From the human T2T-CHM13v2.0 reference genome, Homo sapiens: a stretch of DNA of 64,000 nucleotides. The stretch lies in NCBI RefSeq assembly GCF_009914755.1, contig NC_060928.1. The stretch is one strand, 5' to 3'. Of this stretch, positions 1-14,795 are shown one piece after another. The first letter of the stretch is position 1. Every line of letters begins with the position of its first letter. The notes under the pieces were generated by a model. It was not told the DNA's origin, did not search any database, and was given only the letters and a program-made list of their open reading frames with translations. Both the position numbers and the translations under genes were made by a program.

Positions 1-1354
1 TATTTTTAACAACCCAAATTATTAATCTTCCTATTTTTCAAAAAAATGCTAATTTTAAATAAGAAACAGTTTTCCAGTGATGTCAAATCAGCCTCCTTTC
101 CTAGTATGAGCAAGAAATCGCTGATATAGAATGATTGTATATTATGAAATATATACTAGTATAATTGCTTGACATTTTCTAAACTAATAAATGATAAACT
201 TTTTTTCTGTAAAATTGGCTTTACTGACTTCAGTCTTAATTCCAACATAAAAAAAAATCTGTCTTCAGTTGGATGATCCAAAGTTATGTTTCAGCTTCAG
301 GTTGATTCAATGTGTGATATGTGAAAATTTGTTCATACTCCATGGTTGGGAAAAAAACTTCTAACTTATTTGCTATACATTAACCTATAGTTTTGGTGAA
401 CCATTTCTACTTTCAAGAACAACTAATGGCAGTTTTAATTAAATTCTTAAATTCCAGTGTATGAAAATCTGTGCAAAGAAAAAAATTAAATTTTTATCTC
501 AATACAGTATAGCTTAGTAATGTTCTATTTACATTGGATTATGTCATAAAATAGCTACTTTAATGAATAAAAATATAAAGATAATCTAATATTTCTCAGT
601 AATTTATTACAGTAAAAGTGCATTCTACCATTTTATAAGACCTAATAGTGCAATTATTTAGAAATAATGATAAATTACATAGCTCATTACTGAGCTGCTA
701 AAAGTGAGATCTTAGAAAATACTCAGAATTATTAGATTAATTCTAATAACTTGACTTTGAAAACTTTCATAAATAAGTCAATATTGATTTTGTGGTCAGC
801 TTTAAAATGACTTTCCTACATCTGATCCATTGGGTCATTACAAGAAAAAATTGTTAACCACATGATCATGCAGTTTGTATTCTGTAAGTTGGCTGCCTCA
901 AATTTCTTTGCTCTTTTCATTTTCACATGGGACCCCAGCCAGAAATGACAGCCAGAGGACACTCGTCCATTGGTTTTCCAACATCACAAGTCATGTCAAA
1001 AAACCTGCCTACAGATTATGCTCTTTCTATTCCTATCCCCATCAAAAAAGAAAGATATATTGGCCATGCAATTTCATTCACTTTTAAAGGTGTGTTTGCT
1101 CTCAACATAACTATTAGTAGTCATAGAAAAAGTTTAATGTAGTTATGGATAATAAATATTATCATAACATTACATTGTAGGTGTTTAAATTTATTGGTTA
1201 CATTTTTCTCAGGTAAATAGCAGGGGCATTCTGAATAAGTAAACTCAGAAATGGAAAAGAGGTGATTTCAGGCGGATTGGCCTAAAGAAATTAGAAGGAT
1301 ATATAAAATTAACTTTGTGACTTTTTTTTGCTTTATTTTCTCCATTAACCTCAA

Positions 1355-1445
1355 AATTGTCCTATGAGAAACAGCATTTCTTCAGTTTTTAAAAGGAAAT
1401 TGAGGCTTAGAGATACTAAATGATTTACCCAATGTTACCCACCTT
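1355..1445 (-). mobile_element. MIR SINE fragment
   Basis: aggaaattgaggcttagagatactaaatgatttacccaatgttac resembles the reverse complement of the MIR core (gaggaaactgaggctcagagaggttaagtgacttgcccaaggtcac). Confidence 0.65.
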
Positions 1446-2584
1446 AAATGCTAGCTTCTAAAATGGAAGTTTCCTTGTGCTAAGTAAACCACCTGGCTAA
1501 AAGTAGATAAGAGACATTAATTTTTATGGTTTCAAAGGAAAACAAATGTACATAATTACACTCAAACAAACACATTCTTTCCCAAAATAAGATTATCTAA
1601 ATATCATAATGAAAACTAGTAGTTTGACCATGAACTCTGAATTTTTTATCTTCTAAGTCTGTTAAACTAATGCAAACCTCAAATTCTAAAATGCAAAAAA
1701 CTTTTCAAATTGAAAACTTTTTGTTTTGCTTTCTAAATATATGAGCAATATATAGCAAGTGTACTTATTACTCCTACTTTATTCTGATGGTTGCTATTAA
1801 TGTATTTTTCCAATTATAGTTCTTTTTTTGTTAATTGAAAAATCTAGCATTTAAATCCAAGGTTGCTAAGTGATAAGCTGAGTGAAAACTGAGACACAAA
1901 CCATAGGTTAACAAGAATTTCTCTTCAGAGAAAACACTATCTACTTACAGTGTATGCAATTGATTGATATATAGAAATTTGCTGTATTCAGCATAGGTTA
2001 ACCTCAATTGATAAACATTATAATAAGGATTAAAACAAATAGCTTAATTCCTCCTCCACCAGTCTCATATGATGACTGGTTTGAATTAAAGATATATTTT
2101 AGCAGTCAAGCTGTAGGATTACAGATGAAGGAAATAATAGGAGCTTGCGTATGTGATCACTTTTCTAGGCTTGAAATATCATTAACTAATTCATTTCTTG
2201 CAGTTTTATTTATTAGTTATGCAAATCTGCAGAAATCACTTATTTAGCAATATTTCTTAGAATGATACTTAACAATTATGTCAGCAGGGTCTGGATGTGT
2301 TGATATATTGTTCAAAATTTTCTGGGATATGTAAGGCCCACTGCAATTATCACTCACTACAGTTACACCCTAAACAATGTATTTCTAGTCTGATAGAATT
2401 AAAACTTTAACTATCACTATACTAGCAAGTTTATTACCTGATGCTGTACTATTTTATATTAATTTACCGGTACATTTTTCTTCATCTTCTATCTACAAGG
2501 TTGTTAGATGTTTATTTTTATTTGTCTCATAAATCCTGAGCAGTCCAATGCCAAAACATTTTTATGTTATGTATTGTAAATATA

Positions 2585-2840
2585 CAATTGACCTTTGAAA
2601 ACCACAGGTTTGAACTGAACGAATCCACTTATATGTGGATATTTTTCAACCAAAGGCAGGTCTAAAATACAATATTTGTGGAATGCAAAAGCTGTGTACA
2701 CTGAAGCCAGACTCTTCAGCAGGTTTTATAAGGCCAATTTCAGAACATGAGTATGCACAGATTTGGGTTTACACGGGAGTTGGGATGATGTGCGGGAGAG
2801 TCCTGAAAGCAATCCCCTGGCATATAACAAGGGACAACAG
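2585..2840 (+). mobile_element. MER8 (TcMar-Tigger MITE), full length
   Basis: Starts CAATTGACCTTTGAAAACCACAGGTTTGAACTG and ends AATCCCCTGGCATATAACAAGGGACAACAG, collinear with the recalled MER8 consensus; flanked by TA at 2583-2584 and 2841-2842. Confidence 0.85.
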
Positions 2841-3845
2841 TATATCTAATTTTTATTTTCCCCACTAATTTATGAGTACTTTGAAGGTAGTCTCATCTTC
2901 TTTCTTCATTAAGTAATGGAATGTACTAATGAGAATACATTTTCACAAGTTCAAATACATATTTACAATGTTCTTATGTGAAGTATGGTATTATTTCCAT
3001 TATACAGTCATGAATCTGAGGCTTGCCCATTGTCCCATAAATAGAAAGCAGAATATCAGAGTTTGTCTATGTCTGTCTGAATTAAATATCTATACACATC
3101 CTTTTACATTACTGGCCTAACTTTCTTTGTGTGTGTAGATGTGTGTATGAGGGGAGGGGCAACCTTCCTGTGTACCTGTTGACCACTTTGTCTGTTGAGC
3201 ATTTCTTTGTAATTTCTTGCACTGTTCCTGGGGAAAGAAAGCATTAGACTCAAACTTTTATATATTCTGTTCTTTTCCTCATTAATGTTTATTTAACTTT
3301 AAATATACTACAATAATAAATCAGTTGTGTCTAGAGTAAATATCAAGTTTAATTTTCAATTATTTTATTTTTTTCAGACTTTGCTGTCTAAATTAATTTT
3401 AAGAAAGAAGTTATACTAAGTTATAAAAGATAGCAAATTTAAAAAACTCAGCTTAATTCAGTTTTCAATTGACTCAACTTATCTGTCACACAAACAGTTT
3501 ATATGTTACATAATTCCAGAGTAGCTTACTCTCCTCATTCTTGGCCAGTTGTCTTACTTCCTAGACAGAAAGGCTGAAATAAAAGTCCACAATCCTTTTC
3601 TGGTTGTAAAGCCCAGATCCTGCACACTGGTGTGCTGGACAGAGAGTGGTCCTGGCTTTACCAGAATTTGCTTTGAGGGCCTGGCTAACACAATGTTGTA
3701 GTATAGGGGATTTGAAGCTCCATGAAGCAGCAGGGAATTGGGACACAGAATGCAGTCGACAGATACTTTATTCTTTCTCCCACCAATAGATAGTCTGAGA
3801 TTCAATAGTTTCATGTTGCTTTGTTGAAAATGCCCTACAAGACTT

Positions 3846-4630
<785 letters not shown>

Positions 4631-5070
4631 TGTTGGTATCAGGAATTACAAAGAGACTTCAGGATGGGATTTGGGATTTGGATTCTATATGACAATATAA
4701 GGGCAGACAGGCATCCCATAATGACTGATAAGGAGGCTCATGAAACCACCAGTAGGCAGTGGCATCACAATTAGGAATACTTTCATTTGTACTTCACATT
4801 CCTCACCTAAACCCAGGCCCTATGGCTTGGATCACTATTCTAGGCAATCAGTTAGATTAGACAGTGCTGGATGAGGATGAAGAAAAATTAAAAAGTTGGT
4901 GAAGGGAATAGATTATGAAAACAAGTTGTAACCAAGGGACCAGCCGTTGTATCAAGTCTTTTAAGACATTGCCACTTTCCGCCTCTTCATCTCTTCTTGA
5001 AGAAGTGAGAAAACGTTATTGAGATCAGGTTATTATGAGACACTTGAGTGAATAAAAATGATGCAAGGAC
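4631..5070 (+). mobile_element. Short ERVL internal remnant (ERV3-16A3_I-like)
   Basis: Begins gttggtatcagga; ends gttgtaaccaagggaccagc...gagacacttgagtgaataaaaatgatgcaaggac directly before the TG of the next LTR. Confidence 0.5.
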
Positions 5071-5720
5071 TGTACTGGATTTAGTTCATGTGACATTTCA
5101 GATTGTCAGTCTTGCCTAATTCCCCTCTGAATCTTAGCAACTTTCTCTGCTGGTCCTAGGGAGAGCTTGCATTTTTCTTGGAATTATAAAGTCTATGCTG
5201 CTGCATCTCCCATCAAAATTGTCACTAAAGTCTCCATGTGCACATATGGTTACAAAGAGAGATTGGTGTACACACATACTGGCTAAGCTCTGTACCCAGA
5301 GGTGTTGGCTTCCCCAGGGCCTGAGTTGAGAGGCTGGATGAGCTAGATGAGATAACCCAAAAGCACAGGAGAGTTGGTATGCTGTTGGATGAACAGTCCT
5401 GTGGGAGATGGAAGTAAGAGGGAGGCAAAGATGAATAGCTTGTGCATCCTCCACATGTATTCCAACTGAATATTCTAAGATGCAATGGTTTCAAAGTCTG
5501 TCTAAATATTATCGGGGGAATGAGCAATCAGTAACATTATTTCATAGTTGTGACAAGTGTAGTAAGAAATCTCCTTTATTGCCCTTTCTTCACTTTTTCT
5601 TCACTTCCTATTTTCCCTCACTTCTTCACTAGGAATCTCTCTTCTTCTACCTCAATAAAAAAAATAGTATGAAAGTTTCTTTGTCTCAAATTATTTTTTC
5701 TAGGAAACATGGCAAAGATA
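5071..5720 (+). mobile_element. ERVL LTR (LTR16/LTR67B-like), 3' LTR
   Basis: Starts tgtactggat; contains tgggagatggaagt...gatgaatagctt, a pyrimidine tract, AATAAA and ttttctaggaaacatggcaaagata typical of ERVL LTR ends. Confidence 0.6.
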
Positions 5721-6629
5721 AAATTTAATCATGATGTATTTTTACAATTTCACATTCTCTCCACCACTTTTATGATATGTTGATAAATAAAAAATAAATA
5801 AGGTAATGAACATTATTGGTGGAAAAACAACCTTATAAGCAAAGTACTCCCACTCTTCCCAGCAGCGTATGATGTTGCTGCTCTATTAATTTCAGTGTTT
5901 AGATTATGCAGAATGAGCCTCCAGCAGACCATTACCTGGCAACAGCTAGAAATGCAAACACATTGCTAATTGCAGATTACTTTCCCCAGCCAATCAGAAA
6001 CAACATAATCATAAGCTATCAGGTACAGACATAGTAATGCGAATATCTGCGAATACTACTTTCCAAGAAAATCTGAATTGCTGCACTGGAGAATGTTATT
6101 TGGCTGAAAAGAAGGTAACCATTGCTTATTTCAAAGTACAGCATGTCCTCTGACACACATAAAATAGGATGTTAAAAACAATAATAATGAAATGACTTTA
6201 GTAAGCTGGCCCTCTAGTTGCACCATGTGACAGAAATCCCATTAATTTAAAAGGGAAGATTTTCATCTTTCACACCTGAACTCTGGAAGTAATAAAGTAG
6301 GCGTGCAATTTCTGGCACAACACCTCTTTTTTATACACTGTTATAGAAACATTTTGGAAGTGAGGAGAAATAGCTAATCGCTAAAGAATTTAACATTTTG
6401 CATCAAAAGTCCAGGAAGGACAATTAGAAGTTTTAGAAATTAGACTTCAGAATTCGTATGTTTATGATGTGTGTAGAGATTTGGTAACATGAGAAAGGTG
6501 GCATTAAAAATATTCTGTCTTCATGTTTGTGCTCTGTGTAACATGCCTCTGCAATCTAAAGTGCTTACATCTTGAAAGTTTAGATTTAGAAAAAAAAAAG
6601 CACAAATTACTTAGCATAATAAGCAAAGA

Positions 6630-6845
6630 CATATATTGATTGTTTATTGTGTTAAGCACTTTATATGAAATATCTCACTGAATATATCCAGAGATCTATA
6701 AGAGTGGTAATAAATACCATTATCCCTATATAATTTATAAAGTATCTAAAACTTGTAGCATTTTTGTTATTTGCTGTTTCATAACTAGTAACTGCCAGAG
6801 CTGGAACTCAATTCCAATGTTGTTGGATTCCAGAGTTTATGTTCT
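6630..6845 (-). mobile_element. MIR SINE, degraded
   Basis: ttaagcactttatatgaaatatctcactgaat...ctagtaactgccagagctggaactcaattcca...attccagag follows the reverse complement of MIR. Confidence 0.6.
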
Positions 6846-6949
6846 GTGAATTGGATTTACAATAACATTTTTGATAATCATCTCGCTCACTAGAATCAGG
6901 GTGAGCTTTTTTTCTCTGTATTTTAAAATTCAAGCTTTTGCCAGCCCCA

Positions 6950-7317
6950 AACACCTACATGTCTTGTCTTCTCTGCCTGAAATGCTTTGTCCACAACATC
7001 TGCATGACTAGCTAATCATTCAGGTGTCACTAAAAAAAAAAAAAAAAAAAAAAACTTTGCTGAAGAGCTTTCCCTGATCAACCCATCTGCAACATTTATC
7101 CTTCTCTTTCACTTTCTATAGCACCATCCTATTTTATTGTCCACCTTAATACCATTGGAATTTATATTGTTAATTTGCCTGATTTCTTGCCTTTTTTTTT
7201 TTTTGGTCTCCACCAGGGTAAAATAGCAGGGACCTTGGGTTTCTTATTCATTACTGATTTCTCATGACCTGTAAAACATTCAGTAGGTCATCAATAATTA
7301 TCTATTAAATGAATAAA
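6950..7317 (+). mobile_element. L2 LINE 3' end, with an A23 run at 7032-7054
   Basis: ctctgcctgaaatgctttg...ctttccctgatcaaccc...gcagggacc...gtaggtcatcaataattatctattaaatgaataaa, the canonical L2 3' terminus. Confidence 0.7.
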
Positions 7318-8053
7318 GGCATATTGTGTTAGGAACACATTGTGGTTCCAAACCATTCTGTATTTTAAACATTAGGCATAACTTCAAATAACAACAAAAA
7401 GCAACTGTTTGTTAGTGTAAACAGCACAAACTCATTAGTTACAAAGATATAACATTAGAATCACAGATTTTCTAACTACCAGGTATTCTCATTCTTCATT
7501 TCTTGAATTAATAGTCTTTCTCATTCTCAAGAGCCTTATCAATTGTACAGATATATCACCCCCTCAACACACATATATTCTACTAAAACTACCTTTCTCG
7601 AAAGTCACAAATTAGTGCTTAATCACTAGAACAACATCCCCTGTGCACTTAATGTTTTTTACCTTTTTTCCCAGAAAGCTGCCATACATGCATTCTTTTT
7701 TTTTCACCTTCCTTAACTTGACGATCCTCTGACTTTCCTGCTATCTGTCCACTCATTTTCACCACCTGACTCCCCTTTTTCCTCATGAACATATCGTATG
7801 TGACAATTTCACAGAGTTTTGAAATTGGCATTTCAGACTCACTGCAAATTTAGTCATTGCAATTACATTATGTTCTATATACTATGTTAGATGTTAAGAA
7901 AACAGTGATAAAACTAAATCTTGATGTGAAGCCTTGGAAAGATTGAAAATGAGTCTGAGTTCCAGGCATGGACAAATGGTCATATGCTGTTCCCATTCGT
8001 TAAAATAAGAATTGTAGGAGATATACAGTAGTTTTTGAACATTCTGAGCTTAA

Positions 8054-8366
<313 letters not shown>

Positions 8367-8477
8367 TTTGAGCTTAAAACTTCTATGCAATATTCTAAGA
8401 GATGTGTCTATGGTAGCTAAGTGACTACTAGATTGCCTTTCATTAAAATATTGAAGAAAGTTGTGCTAATTGAGTAA

Positions 8478-8660
8478 GTGTGTATATGTGTGTGTACATA
8501 TATACATTTAAACATTAAGCATACATGTATGCATGAGTATATATGCATATGTGTATATATACATACAGACACATATTTGTACATATATGTATGTATATAC
8601 ATACATGCACACATATATACATATATTACATATATTTAGTTGTATACACACATGTAGACA
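8478..8660. repeat. Degenerate (TA)/(CA)/(TG) microsatellite
   Basis: Alternating purine-pyrimidine low-complexity run (tgtatatatacatacag...). Confidence 0.85.
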
Positions 8661-9879
8661 CAATACAGAGTTTTATTATAAGTCTAGGTTTACTTTATGG
8701 GAATTTGAATCACAGATTTGACATGGTGAAATATAAATATTATCTCATGTTATGCAAAAAATTATGAAAAAATAAAATATTTATAATCAGTGGAGCTGAG
8801 TGAATTAAAAACTGTAGTTGGAGAAATACTGAGGTTATTAAATAAAATCTACTGAATTTCTTAATAATCAGACTATTTCTTATAGTTTTTCTAAGAACTG
8901 ATACTTTTTCACATGGTTGTAATAAAATTAACCTCTGTAGAATGTACTGTTGCAACAGCATTTGAACAGTCATTGTGTGGTGGAACCAATGATATAATTA
9001 AAAAGGTGCCTAAATTTAACCTTGAATAAAAAGTATAAAACAATATTATAATGTACATTTTTATACGTATTATTTATAAGAAAAATAAATTATATACATG
9101 TGCACACAGATTATGTGTTTGTTATTTTTATAAAATGAGTCAATTTATGTATAAAAATTTTGATGTGCCTGATGTTCCTTAAATTCTTAAGAAGGCTTTT
9201 GGAGATAAAATATAACTCTTAGTTTCAAGATAAAATTAATCAATCCAATCTGTATTTATTGTAAAAATATCTGTTCTGCCTCTTTTATTTTGGAAACTTT
9301 AATCTTGGAAATGAAGTTCACTGGGTGACTTAATGGTATAGCATCAAGAGTGAGTGTTCCAGGACAGATAGATAGCTGGTTACTGAAGTGCCATAATTCC
9401 AAAGCACACTCATCTGTCTAAATATGGTTCCTAGCTGAGCCATTGTTTATATATAGATAGAGTTGGAAGTACATATGGAAGCCAAGAATCCTACAGTAAA
9501 ACAATGACAGAAAGAGACATACTATATATCATAAAGTTTGTTTACTTCTATTTACTAAACTTTATGGACTTCACATTTCAAACAAAGAAAACTTCAAATT
9601 AGGAAACTGAGTCATAACATACATTAAATGGATAAAGTATTACCAGCAATGTCTCTTCACACTCTTTAAATCAAAACAGCCCCCTTGACTTCCTTAAAAG
9701 ACTGCCTATGTCACCAGTAAAGGTGTCCAATTATAGCCAAAAGTAACTCAAATTAGAAAAGTATTTGCCTACCCTTCAGAGAATATCAGGACTAATTACT
9801 TCATGGACTAAGTCTTGTTTACCTCCATTTCCATAAGAAATCCAACTTCACATGGTGTTATTCATCAGTTGACCCTCTG

Positions 9880-10800
9880 CATCATGTCTCTCCACTTCCC
9901 CAGTATGATCCAATCACCTACACCTCTTTTGAGCTCTAGCCTTCACTGCATTGTGCAGATTTTGTGCTCTGTCATCAGCATATCCCCAAATACTTAAACA
10001 TCTCTTTAGTCATGCCATCCTTTTCTTGTTCAAAATGAAACCTGTTTTTTTCATTATTAGTCTTCTCTTATGCCACAGGTACCACAGGGCCTGGAGGCGG
10101 AATGGGTGATCTTTCTGTTCTTCATCGCCCTTTCAGACATTTGTCTCCCGCTTCACTCCCAAGTTCTTTGATGGTAACAGCTTTTTCATGCTATTATTAT
10201 CACTAACTGCCTAATCTTAAAACTTTTTTACTGGATGCCACCCCTCATTTCTGAAATAATGATCCATGTTCCATCAGTACAATCAATGGTGTCTATACAT
10301 GTTTAACACCGTTTCCTTATTCTCTCACTTTTCAACTTTCTTGGCAAAGCCACAACTCTTGTTAATCCAATTTTCTATATTATTTTATCTTCTGAAAGAA
10401 GGAGCACACACCATGTTTGATGACTTCATTTCACAGCTGCCTCTACAAACAGCGGATTTTCAATATGGCTGTGGCAAATCTACAGTATTTTTCTACATGC
10501 TTTACCACGCTTAGAAAAGATTGTTTCATGTTATCTCATGCTAAACTTTCAAAATATGCTTTTATTTTTAGTTGACAATATTGATTATTTCATATAAAGA
10601 TAAAAGGAATAAGATACTTTGTCTCATAATACTTTATCTTGCCCAGATCTCATCAAAATCTAACATTTACATTTATACCACAGTGCAAGTTCTTACTTCG
10701 CCAAAGATTTTCTTCCGACAGTTAGACCCTCTTTCTTGCCTTCAGAGTTTTGCTTTTCACTGTTGATGACTCTCTTTAGAATAAAAACTACGTGCAATAT
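9880..10800 (+). mobile_element. L2 LINE ORF2 relic, left part
   Basis: accacagggcctggaggcggaatgggtgatctttctgttcttcatcgccctttcagac resembles the L2 endonuclease region; pyrimidine-rich L2 texture. Confidence 0.55.
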
Positions 10801-12954
10801 AGTCAATCTAAAAAAAGTTTAAAAATGCTAAATGAGACTTCTGTTTTGGGGAAGATAGATGAAATACCCTATTTTTCCATATTTTCTCTGCTACATACAA
10901 CTAGATACCTTGGTCTTCATATATAAAACAAACGAGAAGATTTGGAAAGGTGGAAAGAGGAAGACAGACTGGATAAGAACACAGGACTCAAGAAATGACA
11001 TAATAATGTACTCCCTGGGTACTTTTTTTTTTTTTACTTACATATGTTTTATTTGGATGTGAAGAAGTAGAAAAAAAACAGGAAGTCCAATAGGTACAGA
11101 CAATAAAAGCTAAAACCTAAGCCTGCTTTCTGTAGCCAAAGGACTGGCAAAAGGGCAACCTAGACAGATAACAAACTTTAAGAAAGTAAATGACCTACTC
11201 CATCCAAACACCACAGAGAAAATGGTGGTCTCACCTTCTTCCACACAAATAAAGGCTTAATGGGGAGCTTAGATTTCCACCCTCTGAGGGCTATAACAAG
11301 GCACCATTACCCTGCCATTTGGTTGATACAGTGAATACTTAATTGAAAAGCTAAGATTTTCATTTTTTCTCAGTGGTAGTAAGACACTGTTAGAGTCAGT
11401 GGAGATCATGCAGACAAGACAGACTTGCAGGTGCACCCAGCAGTAAACAGGCTCCCCTCTGCTTCCTACTTGGTTGTGTCACAGAAGGTCTAGTGGAGAG
11501 TAAGAATTTTTACTCTGTCTAGCAGTAATGAGACCACTCTTCTGCCATATTGTCGGTGGAAGTCATGTGAGAAGCACCTGCAAGGGACATCTAATTCTCC
11601 CAGACAGGCAGGTGTCTGTGGAGAGCTAATGGAATCCAGGAGTCCCAGCCACACTCCTCAGTACAGAAAAGCCCTCTTTCTTCTCAGGCATCAACAGATA
11701 ATAAGTGACAAATATGGCTGTGCCCCGTCCCACTTCCCTGGCCAAAGAAGTGTCAAAAGAAGACAGACAAAACATAAGGCTTAAATAAGATCCAGAGTTT
11801 CATTACAGAATACTCAAAATATCCACAGCACAATAAAAAAATTACTCATCATACAAAGAATTAAGAAGATTTGTAACTGAATGAGAAAACACAACAGATG
11901 TTAACACTAAGGTGACAGAAATTTTATAATTAATTGACAAAAATTTTAAACTAGCCATCATAAAAATGCTTCAATGTGCAATTAAAAAGGCACTTGAAAC
12001 AAATGATAAAATAAGTCCTAGCAAAAAAAAATCAGCAAAAAATGATTGCATCAGCAATAGATGTAAAGAGTAACTAAATGAAAATTTAATAAATGAAAAA
12101 TGTAATAAACAATTTAAAATAAATACCTCAAACATTTGGCTCAAAAACAAAAAAACTGAAATAGGCAAACAGAAGAAAAAAAATCAGTGAATGGAAAGCT
12201 GAACAATAGAAATTTCTCTTCCTGGGCTACAGAGAGCAAATTCATTGAAAAATAAGTTAAGAGAGCCTCAAGGACCTGTGGAATTATAATACAAGATGTA
12301 ATATTCATGTTATTGATGAGAGGAAAGAAGAAAAAGGGATTGGATATACATTTTTCAAAATTAATAAGTAAAAACTTGTGTAATTTGGCAAAAGGCATAA
12401 AACTATAGATTTAGAAAGATGAGTGAATCCCAAACAAGGAAAAAATAGAAACCCCACACCAAGATACATTATATAATGCTTCTAAAAACAAAACAAATTT
12501 GAAACCACTGACAGAGAATTTTTTTCATATAATATAGAGAAGAACCAATTAGAATAGCAGTGAATTTTTTATCAGAAATTATGAAGGCCAGAAACAAGTC
12601 TCATAATATTTTTCAACTGCTGAAAAGAAAATAACATTTCATGATGATTTCTCTACCCAAGAACATACACTTCAGAAATGAAGGGGGAAATTAAGACATT
12701 TTTCAGATAAAGGAAAACAAAAAGAATTTGTTGCCGATGAGACTACTTTAAAGGAAAGGCTAAAAAAAGTGCTCTACACAGAAAGGAAATAATAAAAGAC
12801 GGACTCTTAGACCATCAAGAAAGAAGAAAAAACATGATAAACAAAAATAGGGGTTAAAAAAATAGATCTTCCCTTTACTCTTGAGTTTGATAAATTATGT
12901 TTAATGGTTGAAAAAAACACTATTTGATATAGTTTTAAATAAATGTAGCATAAA

Positions 12955-13024
12955 TTCTTTTATTTTATTATTATTATACTTTAAGTTTTAGGGTACATGT
13001 GCACAATGTGCAGGTTAGTTACAT
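12955..13024 (-). mobile_element. Very short L1PA2/3 3'-terminal insertion nested in L1MC
   Basis: ttattattattatactttaagttttagggtacatgtgcacaatgtgcaggttagttacata is the reverse complement of the young L1PA 3' end; TSD-like cataaattctttt / cataaaaattttt. Confidence 0.9.
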
Positions 13025-14094
13025 AAAAATTTTTAAGACAACTATTTTATAAACCTAAAATTATAAAAGGTCAAAAAGTAAAGTAAGGTTTATATACTTC
13101 CTTCAAACTAATAAAATGATTATACCAGTAACCTGTGGTAAAGTGTGAATATATAATGTAGTACCTATAGCAACCACTAAAAAAGCTATGCAAAGAGATA
13201 TATTCAAAAATTCTACAGAAGAATCAAAATGCAATGTTTAAAAAAGTTCAAGCAACCCACAGGAGAGCAGAAAAAAGAAAACAGAGAAAGAGAAGAAAAC
13301 TGCAGAACAAACAAAACAAAATGCAAAAGGCCAAATATAAGCCCTAACATAACAAAAATTATATATAGGTAATTAACTTAAATGCAGAAAAAGCAGAGAT
13401 TAACAGATTACAAACCAACTATATGCTGTCTATAAGAAACTCACTTAAAATGTAAGTATATAGGTGAGGTGAAAGTAGAAGAATGAAAAATATTGAAAAT
13501 GTTATTCAGCTAAAATTAGGGATGGGAATATTATTAGGAGATTAAGTAAAGTGCAGAGCAAAGAAAATTCAGAGAGAAAGTGAGAGAATATGTAAAGATG
13601 AAAGGGTAAATCCACCAAGAATACATAGCTATTCTAAATGTGTATGCTCCTAACAATAGGCTGTAAATTATGTGAAACAAAAATGACATAAATGAAAAAA
13701 ACAGACAAAAATTATAGCTGAAGACTTCAAGACCTGCTTCTGACCTTGATAGAAAAACTAGAATGAAAATCAGCAAGGATAGATAATTCAAAAACACATT
13801 AACCAACAGATTCTAATTAATATCTATAAAACACTCCAACCAACAACAACGAAATACACAGTCTTTTAACATGCCTTTAGAATACAAAGAAAGATAGACC
13901 ATATTTGGGGCTTACAATAAGCCACAAAAGCTTTAATATATTTAAAATCATACAGAATGTGTTCCTCAAGCACAATGAGAGTAAACTGGAAATGAATAAC
14001 AAAACAATAACAAGAAAATTTCCCAATACTTGGAAACTAAACACACTTCTAACCCGTCTTCTAAATAGGAAGGCTGAGGGAAACAACAATATCA

Positions 14095-14795
14095 AGACAA
14101 ACACTGAGACGGTGTCTCATCTTACACCAGTCATAATGGCTAAGAGATCTAAAAATAATAGATATTGGTGAGGATGTGGAGAGTAAGAAATATACACTGT
14201 TGGTGGGAATGTAAATTAGTACAACCTTTATGGAAAATTGTATGGAGATAGTCAAAGAACTAAGAACAGAACTGTTATTTGATCCAGCCATCCCACTACT
14301 GAATATAAATAAATCTTATCAAAAATATACCTGTACTTACTTGTCTATTGCAGCACTATTAAAATAGCAAAGATATGGAATGAACCAAGTATCTGTCAAA
14401 AGAGGATTGGATAAAGAAATGTTACATATATACGTCACATGATGAAATACTACTCAGCCAAAAAAAGGAATAAAATTATGTCTTTGGCAGCAACATGGAT
14501 TGAAATGGAGGCCAATATCCTCAGATAACTCAGAAAGTTAAATACTGCATGTTCTTCTTTGGAAGTGAGTGCTAAACAATGAGTACACATGCGCATACAA
14601 AGTGGAATAACAAATATCAGAGACTACAAAATGTGGGAGGGTCAGGGGAGTGAGGGTTGAAAAATTATCTATTGTGTACAATGTTCACTATTTGAGTGAT
14701 AGGTACACTAAAAGCCCAGACTTCACCACAATGCAATATACACGTGAAAGAAATCACATGTGTACTTCTAAATATGTTTAAAAATAAATAAATAA
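14095..14795 (+). mobile_element. L1PB (L1PB3-like) 3' fragment nested in L1MC ORF2
   Basis: catcttacaccagtcataatggct...gtacactaaaagcccagacttcaccacaatgcaatata...A-rich tail; host ORF2 resumes afterwards. Confidence 0.85.

Noticed and set aside
3553-3814. Minus-strand exon suggested by a GAA|GTAAGA donor and two overlapping ORFs
   Set aside because: No convincing acceptor at a normal exon distance and no recognisable peptide
7032-7054. A23 run (and the A-rich tract at 35152) as a processed-pseudogene tail
   Set aside because: No polyA signal, TSD or mRNA-like body upstream; the first lies inside an L2 that continues across it
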